From NCBI GenBank assembly GCA_030248215.1, contig JASANG010001402.1, forward strand, positions 248,001-312,000: a stretch of DNA of 64,000 nucleotides, in the 5' to 3' direction. The translations under genes were made by a program, and so were the position numbers. The notes beneath the pieces were generated by a model, which was not told where the DNA came from, searched no databases, and saw only the letters and a list, made by a program, of their open reading frames with translations. Each line of letters opens with the position of its first letter. The stretch's first letter is position 1. The DNA is from Enoplolaimus lenunculus (taxonomy: Eukaryota). This document shows, in pieces, positions 27,301-39,800 of the stretch.

Positions 27301-30300
27301 CTAATTAGGAATGTGGCGATTAATCCGCATCGCTAATGTCGGCATTGTTCGCAAGTATCGGCATCGGCACTGCAAAAAATGCACTTAACAGTGAGTTGAA
27401 ATGCTACGAATTTCACAAATCGGCAAAAATCAGTGCATTTGATGAGAAAAATGTTATCTCTTGCGTTTGTATTTAAAAAAATTAATTGAAATTAAAACTT
27501 CTCATTATTTTAATCAGTAGCGGTAAAGGCGTCAGCAAAAATTTTGGTACGGACACATCACAAATTACGCAAAAGGTTTAACCTTAACCGTGGGCTGAAA
27601 GTGTATAAAGGCTCAAAAGTCACATAACTTGCCGATACTCCTTACATATCAACAATCTGGCGTGTTACCAGTTTTACGTATCTATCAGAACCAGACGAAC
27701 CAGAATACCGGAACCGGATTTTCTTTTTGCCGAACCGAAACCTAATATCCGGTAAACCCTTCGGCTACTAAGGTGCTATAGAATACTAAGTAAGGCATCC
27801 CAGATACCACAAGCATCGTCCATTAAAATTTGCGTACACTTTTTGTTACAATTGTGTCATATACCTGTAATTTGCACGTCCCTGCAGTTGACATTTAATA
27901 CCATTGAAAATTTTTCAAACTAACCAAACGAATAAATCGGACTGAGCCATGTTCACAAATTTCTGCGACTTATTCGTGACAGATAGGATAAAAATATGAA
28001 TGGAAGGCGTTAATACATACTTGTTATACGAATTTCCAAATCCGCGATGGCCAATATGCAGCGTTTGCCGAGGCTTCCAATATCGCGCAAACGACTTTGC
28101 CAACGTACATTTGACCATATCACCTGGTACCGGCCGAATTGTCATTGCATCGACTAAAATATATAAAAATAGTTAAAGAGTAAAAGAAATTCATTATTCA
28201 ATAACTTAGTGCTTTCAGCTAGTAGTACACATGCACACATACAAGGCAAGACGCAAACAAAATTAAAAATACCGGAAACGGTACCGGAAAGTGAAAATAG
28301 CACCGGATGTTTCACCCAACCCGGACAGTCATAAATAAACAGTCACCGAAAAAATTATTACCGTAATGTCAGTTTTATACGGTCTGTTTTCCAAGTGTCA
28401 TCATAAAATTGGTTAATCCCCATATCACCTTGATACATATATACATAACACATATATACATAATACATATATACATACGTGTGTTTAATGCAAGGAAGTT
28501 AATGAAGAAAAATTTCAGCTCTGGTTGTATATAAATAGAAAATCTATTCAACAGTTAAATTTAGTTTCTGTTTAGTTTGCCTAAATTTAACATAAACTAT
28601 TATGAGTAGACATATAATGACGGTTTTACCCCCCTCCCGGAAGGGTCTGACAGAAATATATTAATCACCAGGTAAACCAATTAATCACGTTATGTAACCA
28701 CCTGGTAAACTTACTAATCAACTGGTTATCGTATTCACTACCTGGGGTAAACAACCTGGTAAAGCCATTAATCAGGTTAAGCGAACCGACCAGCTGTTCT
28801 CTGGAGTGTCGAGTTAGCTGTTTCCCGTAAAAAACGGAATGCATACAGTCAACCTTCAACCAAAGTCACTGTTATTCTGGAATGCGGCAGTGCATGATGT
28901 TAATAAACGGCATCAGAACCCTTCTGCTTTTATCCGGGCTTGCGGCCGGCAAGATATCTGTCGATATTCACGCAGCATTACACTGCAAACAAGCAAGCGC
29001 ACTGAAAACCAAGCAATCAGGTAACAAGAAAGCACCTAACATTCATACTACAAAACAATTAGACAATCAATAACACATTTTATAACTGAAGTTAAATTAG
29101 TATATATATACATATTTTGTGGCGAAGTTTAAAGCTGGGATATTAATTCGTAAAGGATCGCGATGTCCTCATTGACTTCTTAGTAGACAATCGCAGCATC
29201 CTCTTCTGGTTCGTTCAAAGCACTGAAAATTGCTCTGTCAGTTGGGGACATGCGGCGGTGAGAAATAAGTGCTTGTAATTATTAGTATTCATAACTAAAG
29301 CGTCAATTTCATCTCAGCAGATATTCCGTTTTGGGAATTGACGTTGCAGTTAACGGGCTTTATCATACTGTAGCTGGCCCTGTGGATGGATGATAGTTTT
29401 ATAGGACCAATTTGATATTCATAACTGTTTGGCCGATCAAAAAGTGGTAGCAGGAGCGAATTTTTGTTGCTAAATATTGTTATTATTGATCCCGAAAATT
29501 TCGATGAAATGTGTATCGATTATGACGTGTAGTCCTCATCGTCGCTATCATCTTCATCATCATTATAGTCACTGAGACAAAAAACACAAAAATCACACTC
29601 TTCTTATTTAATATTAGTCACACAAGTTTTGGGTTGACGTCTTTGGCTGTAAGCTAAATAAATCTTTTGCTCAAAAGCTATAATTTCCCAAGTTTGGGTT
29701 CTACTGCGCTGTTGCATGTCCCGGCTACACACTGAAATTTCCGTGTTTTCTTTTGTCTTCAGTGGACACAAAAAACATGGGACAAAAAACCATGTACTCA
29801 TGAGTAAATATGAATGTTTCGTGCGTTTAATACGCTATAACACCAAACCAAAACCCACTGTACCTCGGTATTCGTCTGTTTCGGCTTGTTGCTGAGTCCA
29901 TATAGTCATATTTTAGCTTTCGCATTTTCGTTGTCTGACACGTCGTTCAGGTCCATAACAGCTTTCGTCGGTCGATATTTTCTGCCATTGCGCAAGTTTG
30001 ACGAATATGTGGAAGCTCAGGAATTTGAAATTTGTTGTTTTCACGGAATTGGATTTCGAAAGGGCCTGCGACAACATTCTTGTATAAGTCGGAAATACAG
30101 TGGGGTCCAGACAAGCAAGAGTGATTGGTTTGACACGGCCAGAATTTTCGCTCAAAATACGGTTTTCGAGGTTTCCAATGTAACGAATTTGTTTTTTCTG
30201 GCTTCGAAATATAATCCAGCAAACCACTTTTTGTCGGATATTTCAGACTCCGCGAATAATTTCCATATTTTCTTTAAGTACGCCGTTGTTGATTTTTGTC

Positions 30301-33300
30301 ATAAATCGGAATTAGCGTTACCGTCTTCAGAGGAGGAACTGTTCGATTGCACGGCAGGCGAATCTTCACTTGAAGTAGCAGATGGAATGGCAACACGTTT
30401 GCGATTGACCTTTTTGGCTGCAGTTTTTTTCTTTTGATTTTGCTTCGCAGCGAGCAGAGATTTCTTTTCTTCTTTTTGTTTTTGTGCGGCCAGAAACTCG
30501 TCGTTTGTGATACCAGTAGCTCTAGATCTTTTACCCCGTATTGGCACACGGTTCCAGATGCACGAGAGAAGCTTTCACGGACTCTCGGCGTTGAAGTCCA
30601 ACTGAGTACAATATATGAAACGTTGACGGAGTTTCCGAAACCATATCCCACGGAGCGGAGACGCAAGGTGTAGTTGGTCGGGATCGCATATGAAGGCAAT
30701 GGCGGTATGTCGTAGCAAATTGTGCCATGAGGTGCGGCTATACCACTTTGAGAACTCGATGGAGTAGCATTTTCGACGCTCATTTCCTGCGGAGAACTCA
30801 CGCTGGCCGAGTCGGTACTATGCAAATGACCCGGAAGTTGAGCTGATGTCGATGATTCTTAGGTTGATTGTGTTGTTGGCACAGTAGTTGCATGACGCTG
30901 AACGGCATCAGTAGATTGCTCCTGCTCGTTATGTTCTGACAAACTGACTCGGTCAGGTGCGTTTTCGTCAGTATCATCGTCGCACAGTCATGAATAAACA
31001 GATACAATAGGCATGCCCTGTTCGTCAACTGGCTTTCCTTTGGACACTCACAGTTCATATTGTTTCATTGCATAAGCGCAATTTTGTCGATAAAACTCCA
31101 GTTGCAAGTGCAATTTTTTGTATGATGCGCCCGAATTATGCAGTTCTACGGCCTGATCCAGCACTTCAGCAGAGTGCTTTGGGCCTTTTGCGACATTATA
31201 TCATCCAGTATTAGACATGACAGATGCTTTAAAATACTATTTAATTCTGGTGGGTCTATAAAAGAGTAGTTTTGATTCTAGATTACATTTTTTGCTTAGG
31301 CTTAGGCTTAGGAATGCTTAATCTACTGTTACGCTCCTTATAGTAACATTGGTCATAGGTGCTATACACATTTGAGGATGCGGGCCCTAGAATGACGCAG
31401 CTGTTTGTTGTGGACTGTTTTATTACTCAGACGTTCACAGAAAAACGAAGAAAAAATAAAATTAGATAAATTTAAATTTGAACGGAATATATTTACATCA
31501 GGGTGCAACCGGAATTACAATTTACCGGAACCGGAATTTGAAAATTTTACCGGAACCGGAACCGGAAAGTGAAATGCATTTCCCAAAATTTCTTTTATCT
31601 TATTTTTTGCTCTATTTTTGTGAATAACCTTAGTCGACTAGATATTTATTTTTTTGTTGTATTTTAATTTTCGTCGTCACAAGAAATCCACCATCAAGGC
31701 ATATTCGAAACAAGGGCTTTCAAAAATCAAAAAAAAAAAAAAAAAACCGCCAAAACAACACCAAAAATCCGAAAAAACCGGAACCGGAACCGGAAGGTGA
31801 AAAAATGCCGGAACCGGAATTCCGGTTGCACTCTGATTTACATATATATGTATATTTGTATATGAATATATAGGTATGTATGTATGTATGTATGTTTCTG
31901 TTGTCTGACTAATACTACTTTTGATTGCAGTAATTTCGTAATATGTAGAGACTAGTTTTATTATTTAAACGATGAACAATTTTGGAAGGTACAAGAAAGA
32001 AAAGAAATTTATTTTTGTATCCCATCGTGAGGTGTATTTTTAATAAAATTTAAATTTTAACACCTGTCAGTCAGTAGTGTCCCATTCAGGGTCGCAATGT
32101 TATGAATGTTTTTGTTGCGCGAAGCGAAACTCCGAGCGAAGCTCGGAGTTCCGCGAAGCGTTTTATGTTTTGTACTTGGGGGTCGAAAGGTGGATGTCCG
32201 TCCGTCCGTCTGCCCGTCCGAAAAGAATCTCAGGAACGGCTGAACCGATTTTGATAGACTTTTTTTGCTTGAAAGCCAATTATCCTGGGGTGTTAATCTC
32301 GCATTGGGGTTTAAAAATTTAAGCCGTTTATTACCTACAGGCTAATTTGCATAATAATTAAGCCTAAATTAGAATTTTCCTCAATATTTCACTAATTATT
32401 ACAGTTAGAAACAATCTAATCTTAGCATAAAATGGTTTTTGGGTGCGAGGAATCTGCGTAGACTATTTACAAACCTCCAAAACCGATAATTGAGCAGTTA
32501 GCTAACAGATAATTTGCATATTAGCATAGTTTATAAGCCTAACTTACGACTTTACAATATTTCACTAATTATTAAGGTTAAAAGCAATATAATTTCAGCA
32601 CTAAAGGGTTTTTATGTGCGAGGAATTTGAATAAATAGTTTACAAACATCCAAAACCGATAATTGAATAGTTAGCTAATAGCTAATTTGCGTATTAGCTT
32701 AATTGACAAGAAAAACTAGGTCTTTTTAAATTATTTCAATAATTATTAGTGTGGCTGAAGGGTTTTTGGGTGCGAGGAATCTGAGGAAATTGCTTACAAG
32801 CCTCCAAAACCGATAAATGAATAGTTAGCTAATAACTAACTTGCATATTACCTTAATTGCTTACATGTGTTCGAGCTTCGCTTAATAAATGTAGTCCCAC
32901 TAGGACTGGTAAGTATCGTTAATACCTGAAACCTCATCCATAAAAATTTTTTCCTCTTTATTCAAAAAAAAAAAAAAAAAGCACTACACAAAAGCCCCAA
33001 ACCTTCGAACACATATTTAGCTAATAATTCTATGATTTAAAAGGACTAACTTTCTTGAACAAATTCAATAGGATCATAATTCAAATCGGCCTCAATGACA
33101 TCTTTGGCAGTTTTCGTTTTTCAAGTTTTTTGATTTTGGTTTGTAGGAATTGTTGCTGTCGACTGTATTCTTACACATTGTGTTGCAATTCTCTCTTTGT
33201 CATTAATATTTTAACGTGGTGACAGAAGCCCTTCACCGCCAGCCGGGAGACACGTAAGGGGTTTTGTAGCGCATCCCGCAGTTTAATATTCCAAATATAG

Positions 33301-34518
33301 ATTAAATATAGATTAAACCTGGAACCGTTAAATAAGACTGCAGCAGGACAATTTATTCCGTAATTCAATTAGAATCAAAAATTTTACAGCATGTAATATA
33401 GAAAGTAGTGATATCTTGTCGGTCCCAAGCCCGGTTAAAGATGATTGGTTCTAATGCTTTTTACTAACCCGGTTCACTGTCGCATTCTAGAACAACAGCT
33501 GACTCTATATAACAGAATAACAACTGACTTTGATTAATGACTGACTGTAGCCAACTAATTTTTACGGTAAGCAGCTGACTCCACATTCTAGAGAACAGCT
33601 GACTTTGATTACTGGCCGACTGTAGAGTAGACACCCTGTTTTTACGGTGAACAGTTGACTCCACATTCCAGAGAACAGCTGGAAAGCAAATTTCCGGTAA
33701 ACAATCCGCCGGTAAACAATTAACTAGTAAATTAAATAGGATTGGTTCTGGCGGCTGACCTGACTAATGGGCTTGGCTAATACGTGTACCAGGAAATTAA
33801 TAGGTTTACCACGTGGTTTACATAATGTGATTAATGGTGTACCAGGTGAATAATAGATTTCCGGCAGCGCCCTCTGGGAGGGGTGGAGGGCAAAACCGTC
33901 ATTTTACATCTACTATTAGGTATGTATACACAGCTACTAAATTGTTATCCGTATTGAAGGTCAAGGTGGCACCGATCTATTGTTTGATCAAATCCGAATC
34001 CATTGCTGATTTGTTGAATCCGAAACTTGCATTTTGCGAATTTTCGTCATGTCACTAATGTGTTTCAGAAGGCCAACTTAATCAAATTAGGACATTGCTT
34101 TTGGACTTGCAAACCTAATAACATTTATTACATAGCTAATCTACTTTAAACGCAATTATTTCGTGCCCGATTTCACAAGTTAATAAAAAGTCTTATTGCT
34201 TAACAATGTAAGCATATATTGCCGAATATTGTTGGGATTCGGCTTTTCAACTATGCTTTTTCACAGCGGATTCCGAACTAGGGATGCGTCGGGCCAGCAC
34301 GCTATTTGCCCGGACCTAACCGGGGCCAGTTTTTATATACGATTCTTAATAGACATGCATGAAAAACAATCCTATGACGCTCGGTTCTCGTTTCAAAAAT
34401 ATGAAAATGACAAGAAATTACTGTACCAGGGTGCAACCGGAATTCGTCGTCGAATTTTTTACCCCCTCGGTCCGGAAAAAACAGAAAAAAAAAAATTAAA
34501 ACACCCAAAAACAAATCA

Positions 34519-34556
<38 letters not shown>

Positions 34557-36337
34557 AAAAAAACAAAAAAAAAAAAAAAAAAAAAAAAAATATCTCCCCA
34601 AAAACCCCACCTGTACATGGTATATATGTATATTTTCCTACGGTTTGCTTTGTACACTACACAACATATATCTTTTCCACTTTTAGCCACCTACACTAAA
34701 CAATATATAACTCCCACTTTTAGCAACCATGTACGTATTACATATACCGTAGCTAATGTTGATAGCTACCTTTACGTGTTCTGGCCCCGGCCCCGGCAAA
34801 AATCCTGGCCCCGGGACAACTCTATTCCGAACCGCCAATTTTTGCCGAATCCGAACTTTTGTTGTCATCCTGCGGAATACGTACTGAAACCGTATGATAT
34901 ATACATATTACGTCATTTGGAACAGGAACAAAATATGCTACACGTATTTCTGTAATAGAAAGCTATTGAACCCAATGTACTGTTTTACACAAACACTTTT
35001 GCTTACTCAAACTGGTTAAACCGGTCGTATTTAATACGTTTTTCACCTCCCTCAATTTGTGCTCAAACGGCCCAAAACCACTTAAACATATATAAAGCTT
35101 AAGCATTCTAGTATATACATGCATATAATAGCCATCAACTCGGTTTAAGTAATAGTAATCATTCCCTAGAAAAAACACACATTTCACAAGTTCCGGAGTC
35201 GTTCTGATAGCTATATTACCTTAAACTTCGTACCATTTATATATTGATAAAATAGCGGAGTGTTCGCATTGGTGAACCACGGTAACTGTGGTGTACTGGA
35301 CATTAGTGGGGGGGGTGATTTTAATATAATGTCTCCGGCCATTTCCAGGTACAAGGAATGTTATACCTACCAATTATATTCCAATATAACTACATTGAAA
35401 TATATAGATGTATATATATGTACATATAACATCATTGCAACTGCGGCTGAACAAACAAAACTGCGTACATACATACATATATACATACATACATACATAT
35501 ATATACATTCACATATATACATACATTAACCAGGCCTGTCCGAAACAGGAAACTCCATTCAATATAATCTTCCAGATTTTCCTTTGGTATGGCCATTCTA
35601 AATTTTGTTCCTTTCTAGCCCCTATCTACGGTAGTATTTAGAAAAGCCTTTAGATACGAAATGATTTGACAAAGATTACTGGTTTATAAACAAAAACATG
35701 TGGACTGAGAACTTATAGCTTAGGTTATTATTATTATTATTGTTGTTGTTGTTGTTGTTGTTACTTCCAGATTATGTTAATTCACGCCAGTAAATTAAAT
35801 AAAATGTTTAATATATATCAGGGTTCAACCACCGGAATTCCTGTTCCAGCCGGAATTCCTACCAAAATTCAAATCATTTACATATTGCAAATCTTGCCCT
35901 TTAAATATTTTTTTCGAAACCAATGTCTTTGCAATTAGTTCAATTTTGTTAATAAACCGATTTCAAATAGCAACTGGCGAAATTTAAAGTCACAAAAACA
36001 CGACGCTATGCACCAAAAAGTGGTTGTTACCAATTTTTTTAAATTTCAACTGCAGCTCTTGTACATTTTATGTCACATTTAAAGTTTGCGCTTCAGATTT
36101 AGCTAAATGTTTACGTATAGTCAAGCATTTCTTAAACGTAACCCGAAGCCTAAGCGCAAATGTAGGTTGAAACGTACAAGAGCCTCAGCGGCTGAGCAAA
36201 CTGTCAAGCACCCTTTGATGCCATTAAAAACCGTAGAAATATCTGTTTTAAAATTTAAAAAAAAAACATTTATCAACACTGAAAAGCGAAAAAATACGCA
36301 CATATCGACCGTTCTTTGCGTACGTAACAAAAACTTT

Positions 36338-36427
<90 letters not shown>

Positions 36428-36798
36428 GGTGCAACCGGAATTACAATTTACCGGAACCGGAATTTGAAAATTTAACCGGAACCGGAAAGTGAAAAATGCA
36501 TTTCACCAAAAATTTCATTTTAATCTTATTTTTTGCTCTATTATTTGCGAAATAACCTTAGTCGAACATAGATATTTATTTTATTTGTTGTATTTTAGAT
36601 TTTCGTCGTCGACTGAAGTGAAATCCACCATCAATGGCTTATATTCGGAATACAAGTGGCTTTCTAAAGAGATTCTTAAAGATTAGCAAAGTTAAAAAAA
36701 CGGCCAAATTATAACACCGAAAATTTTTAAATCCGGTAAAAATTTACCGGAACCGGAAGGTGAAAAAACGCCGGAACCGGAATTCCGGTTGCACCCTG

Positions 36799-36857
<59 letters not shown>

Positions 36858-39800
36858 TATATATATCTGTATATATATAATAATTTATATTATATAATTA
36901 ATACGTTATATACGTACGCATTTTACATCAGTCATTATTTTTAAGCAGCAATCAAAACTCTCTGGGTTGCCGAATTTTTGCCAAAAACCAGCAGTTTTTG
37001 TTTATGTGATAGAGGGGGAGTGGGTGGCAACTTTTTATCATATGTCGTTCAAAGCTAATAATACATAGCTTCATTTTTGGAAATGGCACAATTGATAATA
37101 CGTTGGGGCCTAGGAGCTAACCTAAAACTGTTACAGTCCCACAGAAAAACGTTCCGCCCCTGATTTTTACATAGGCCAAACCTTATAACAAGGTTTAAGC
37201 AATGCCTCAAATGTCATTTTAAGCGACGCACTGTAGGGCATTTGACATTATCCTCAAACAATAAATTGTGCCCCTTCGTTGCGCGAGTTGCAAAGCAAAG
37301 AATGGGTGCTACACCTGACGTTTTTTGATGCCACACCTCGGCCCGTAAAGAACTAATTGCTGGTTAATTATTTGACTGTATTGCTTGCATTAGCACGGTA
37401 CGTAGTTAGCAACATACGTAAGACTCAGCTCCAAGTTGTTGATGGTGTTTTTAAAAAAGTTACAACTACCTTTAAGCTCGCCAATCGGCCCATGCCTAAA
37501 GCTATAGACATGTAACTTGCTCGATCCATTCATTTTGTCACAATGCGATGGCATTACGTGGGCGTATCCGATATGTTTCAAGCAATATTCGGTGTCGGTG
37601 GCTGCATTTTCGGTTGCGCAGCTTCCAGAATTCCCACAGCATTCAGTGTTGCCCGCCCCGGTACTGCTGTTCGAAGTTGACGATGCAACTCTACTAGTTG
37701 TATTTCGCGTTTTAACGTAGAAATCACAAGATAGCCCCTGAAAAATAAACAAATAACACAAATCAGATACATAATGAATTTTTGACAAAAAATAAAAACA
37801 AATTATTTTTACAATCTACAAACACAGAGCATTTTGCAACCAGCACTCACCAACGTTTATCTTCCCTTGGCATCCATACCTACATTTCTAGCATAGAAAA
37901 ATCTATGCTACATCTATGAAACATAGTGACTTAACGGCAAAGCCATTCGTAAGAATATAGGTGAAAACAACCACATAAGATGTGTTTAGCTTAGAAACTC
38001 ATTCATTAACCTTAAGATCTGCTTGTACTTCATTCTGATAAAAATATTCCTTTAGCGGTTCCGGCATCGGAATTTCAAACAGTAAAAGCATCTTAAAAAT
38101 GACTGCGTATAATTTACTAAAAACCTATTATATATACATATATGTGTTTTTATATCTACTAGTAATTTTTGTTAAGGTAGCATATTCAATCTTAAGTTAA
38201 TAACTTCCACTTAACATCCCTGTTTTTGTGATCTTAAAACACTGTCGAAGTTGAACCTTGTCAGCCTAAAACACTTTCAGCCTAAAACCTTTTACTGAAC
38301 AACACTCTGTGAATCTACGAGCACAACCATCTGACATGGCACCAAAACCCCAATAAACAAACAAAGTCCACCTGCTCTGAAAACGGTATATTAATATCAT
38401 TACCAGCGAAACAGTGTGCGACCGGATACCCGGTTCCGGCAAAAATTGACATCCGTCTTCGGTAGTTTAACTTGAAATTTTAAAAAATTGGAACCATTAT
38501 TTAGTGTGTATGTCAATTGCCATGCAACTGATTGACTTATTTTTACATAATTTTTTCATTCACGTGTTTTAAATACTGATATTTCTAAGCCTAAACTTTG
38601 GCGTAAAAATAAGTCTAAAACTAAGCCTAATCCAAAGCATAAACCCTAAGACACCTTTATTTTATAGTACCTAGGGAAAACTGGCTGCCCTTGAAAGTAA
38701 TATGAGCCGGCCAAACAAAAAACATTGCAGTGAACGCAACGCTACAAAAGCATCCCTAAGCCACCTTTGTTTTATAGTAGCTAGGGAAAACTGGATGTCC
38801 CTAAAAGCAGGGTGCAACCGGAATTCCGGTTCCGGTTCCGGCATTTTTTCACCTTCCGGTTCCGGTAAATTTTTACCGGATTTAAAAATTCCGGTATTAT
38901 AATTTGGCCGTTTTCTTAACTTTGCTAATTTTTAAGAATCTCTTTTGAAAGCCACTTGTACTCCGAATATAAGCCATTGATGGTGGATTTCACTTCAGTC
39001 GATGATGAAAATCTAAAATATAACAGGTAAAATAAATACCTATGTTCGACTAAGGTTGTTTCACAAATAATAGAGCAAAAAATACGATTAAAATGAAATT
39101 TTTGGTGAAATGCATTTTTCACTTTCCGGTTCCGGTTCCGGTAAATTGTAATTCCGGTTGCACCCTGCCTAAAAGTACCATGGGCCGGCCAAACTAAGAA
39201 CAAACATTGCAGTGAATGCAACGCTGCAAAAGCATAGAATAGTGGAATAAGTTTTGTCACGTAGTCACTTTTGACAGCTTAAACCATGGAAGGAAAAATT
39301 GTTAGCTACGTTCTCATATTTGAATGCCGTTTAGTATCGGTTCCGGTCGGATATTAATTTATCCGGTTCCGGTCGGATATTAATTTATCCGGCTCCGGCA
39401 TTTTTGGTATCCGGTTGCACCATGCAGCGAAACACTTACCCATGCAACTTAGACCACGGTTCAAATAAAAACGAGTAACTCTGCAATGACAACTAATAAT
39501 TTTTGCACTAAATTTACTCCGTAAAATGCTATGTTTGCCAGATACACCAATAAATACTGCATTCCCATCTCCTAGTTTCTGAGCATTCATCACCCCTTCA
39601 TTGTTCAAACGTTAAAAATACCTACTTTCCAACACCTTATTTTCGATCCGATTATACCATACATCTAGATTTGATCTGAAACCGCTATTATCGCCTAGAA
39701 ATTAGTCCCAAACACTATTGTTCCATACGCTTTTCTGTCGCCAATTCCTATTTACAATAAACCAATCAGGAATCTCCCATGAACGATACACCGCACACTC

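Larger units (their letters stand above)
28605..33914. mobile_element. 5.3-kb non-autonomous DNA element with long imperfect TIRs beginning AGTAGA and a 6-bp TSD (Polinton/Maverick-type ends), in GPCPD1 intron 5
   Basis: Left end AGTAGACATATAATGACGGTTTTACC... matches the reverse complement of the right end AGTAGATGTAAAATGACGGTTTTGCC.... Similarity continues to 28838 / 33634 (ccagctgttctctgga...ccgtaaaaa). Flanks are ATTATG (28599-28604) and ATTAGG (33915-33920). Confidence 0.75.

Noticed and set aside
29886..30437. 183-aa plus-strand ORF
   Set aside because: Antisense shadow of the minus-strand pseudogene.
34196..34699. Poly-Lys / poly-Phe ORFs and a ~90-nt poly-A run
   Set aside because: Homopolymer inside a degraded family B MITE. 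It may be a low-quality consensus segment, and no retrocopy body or TSD is evident.
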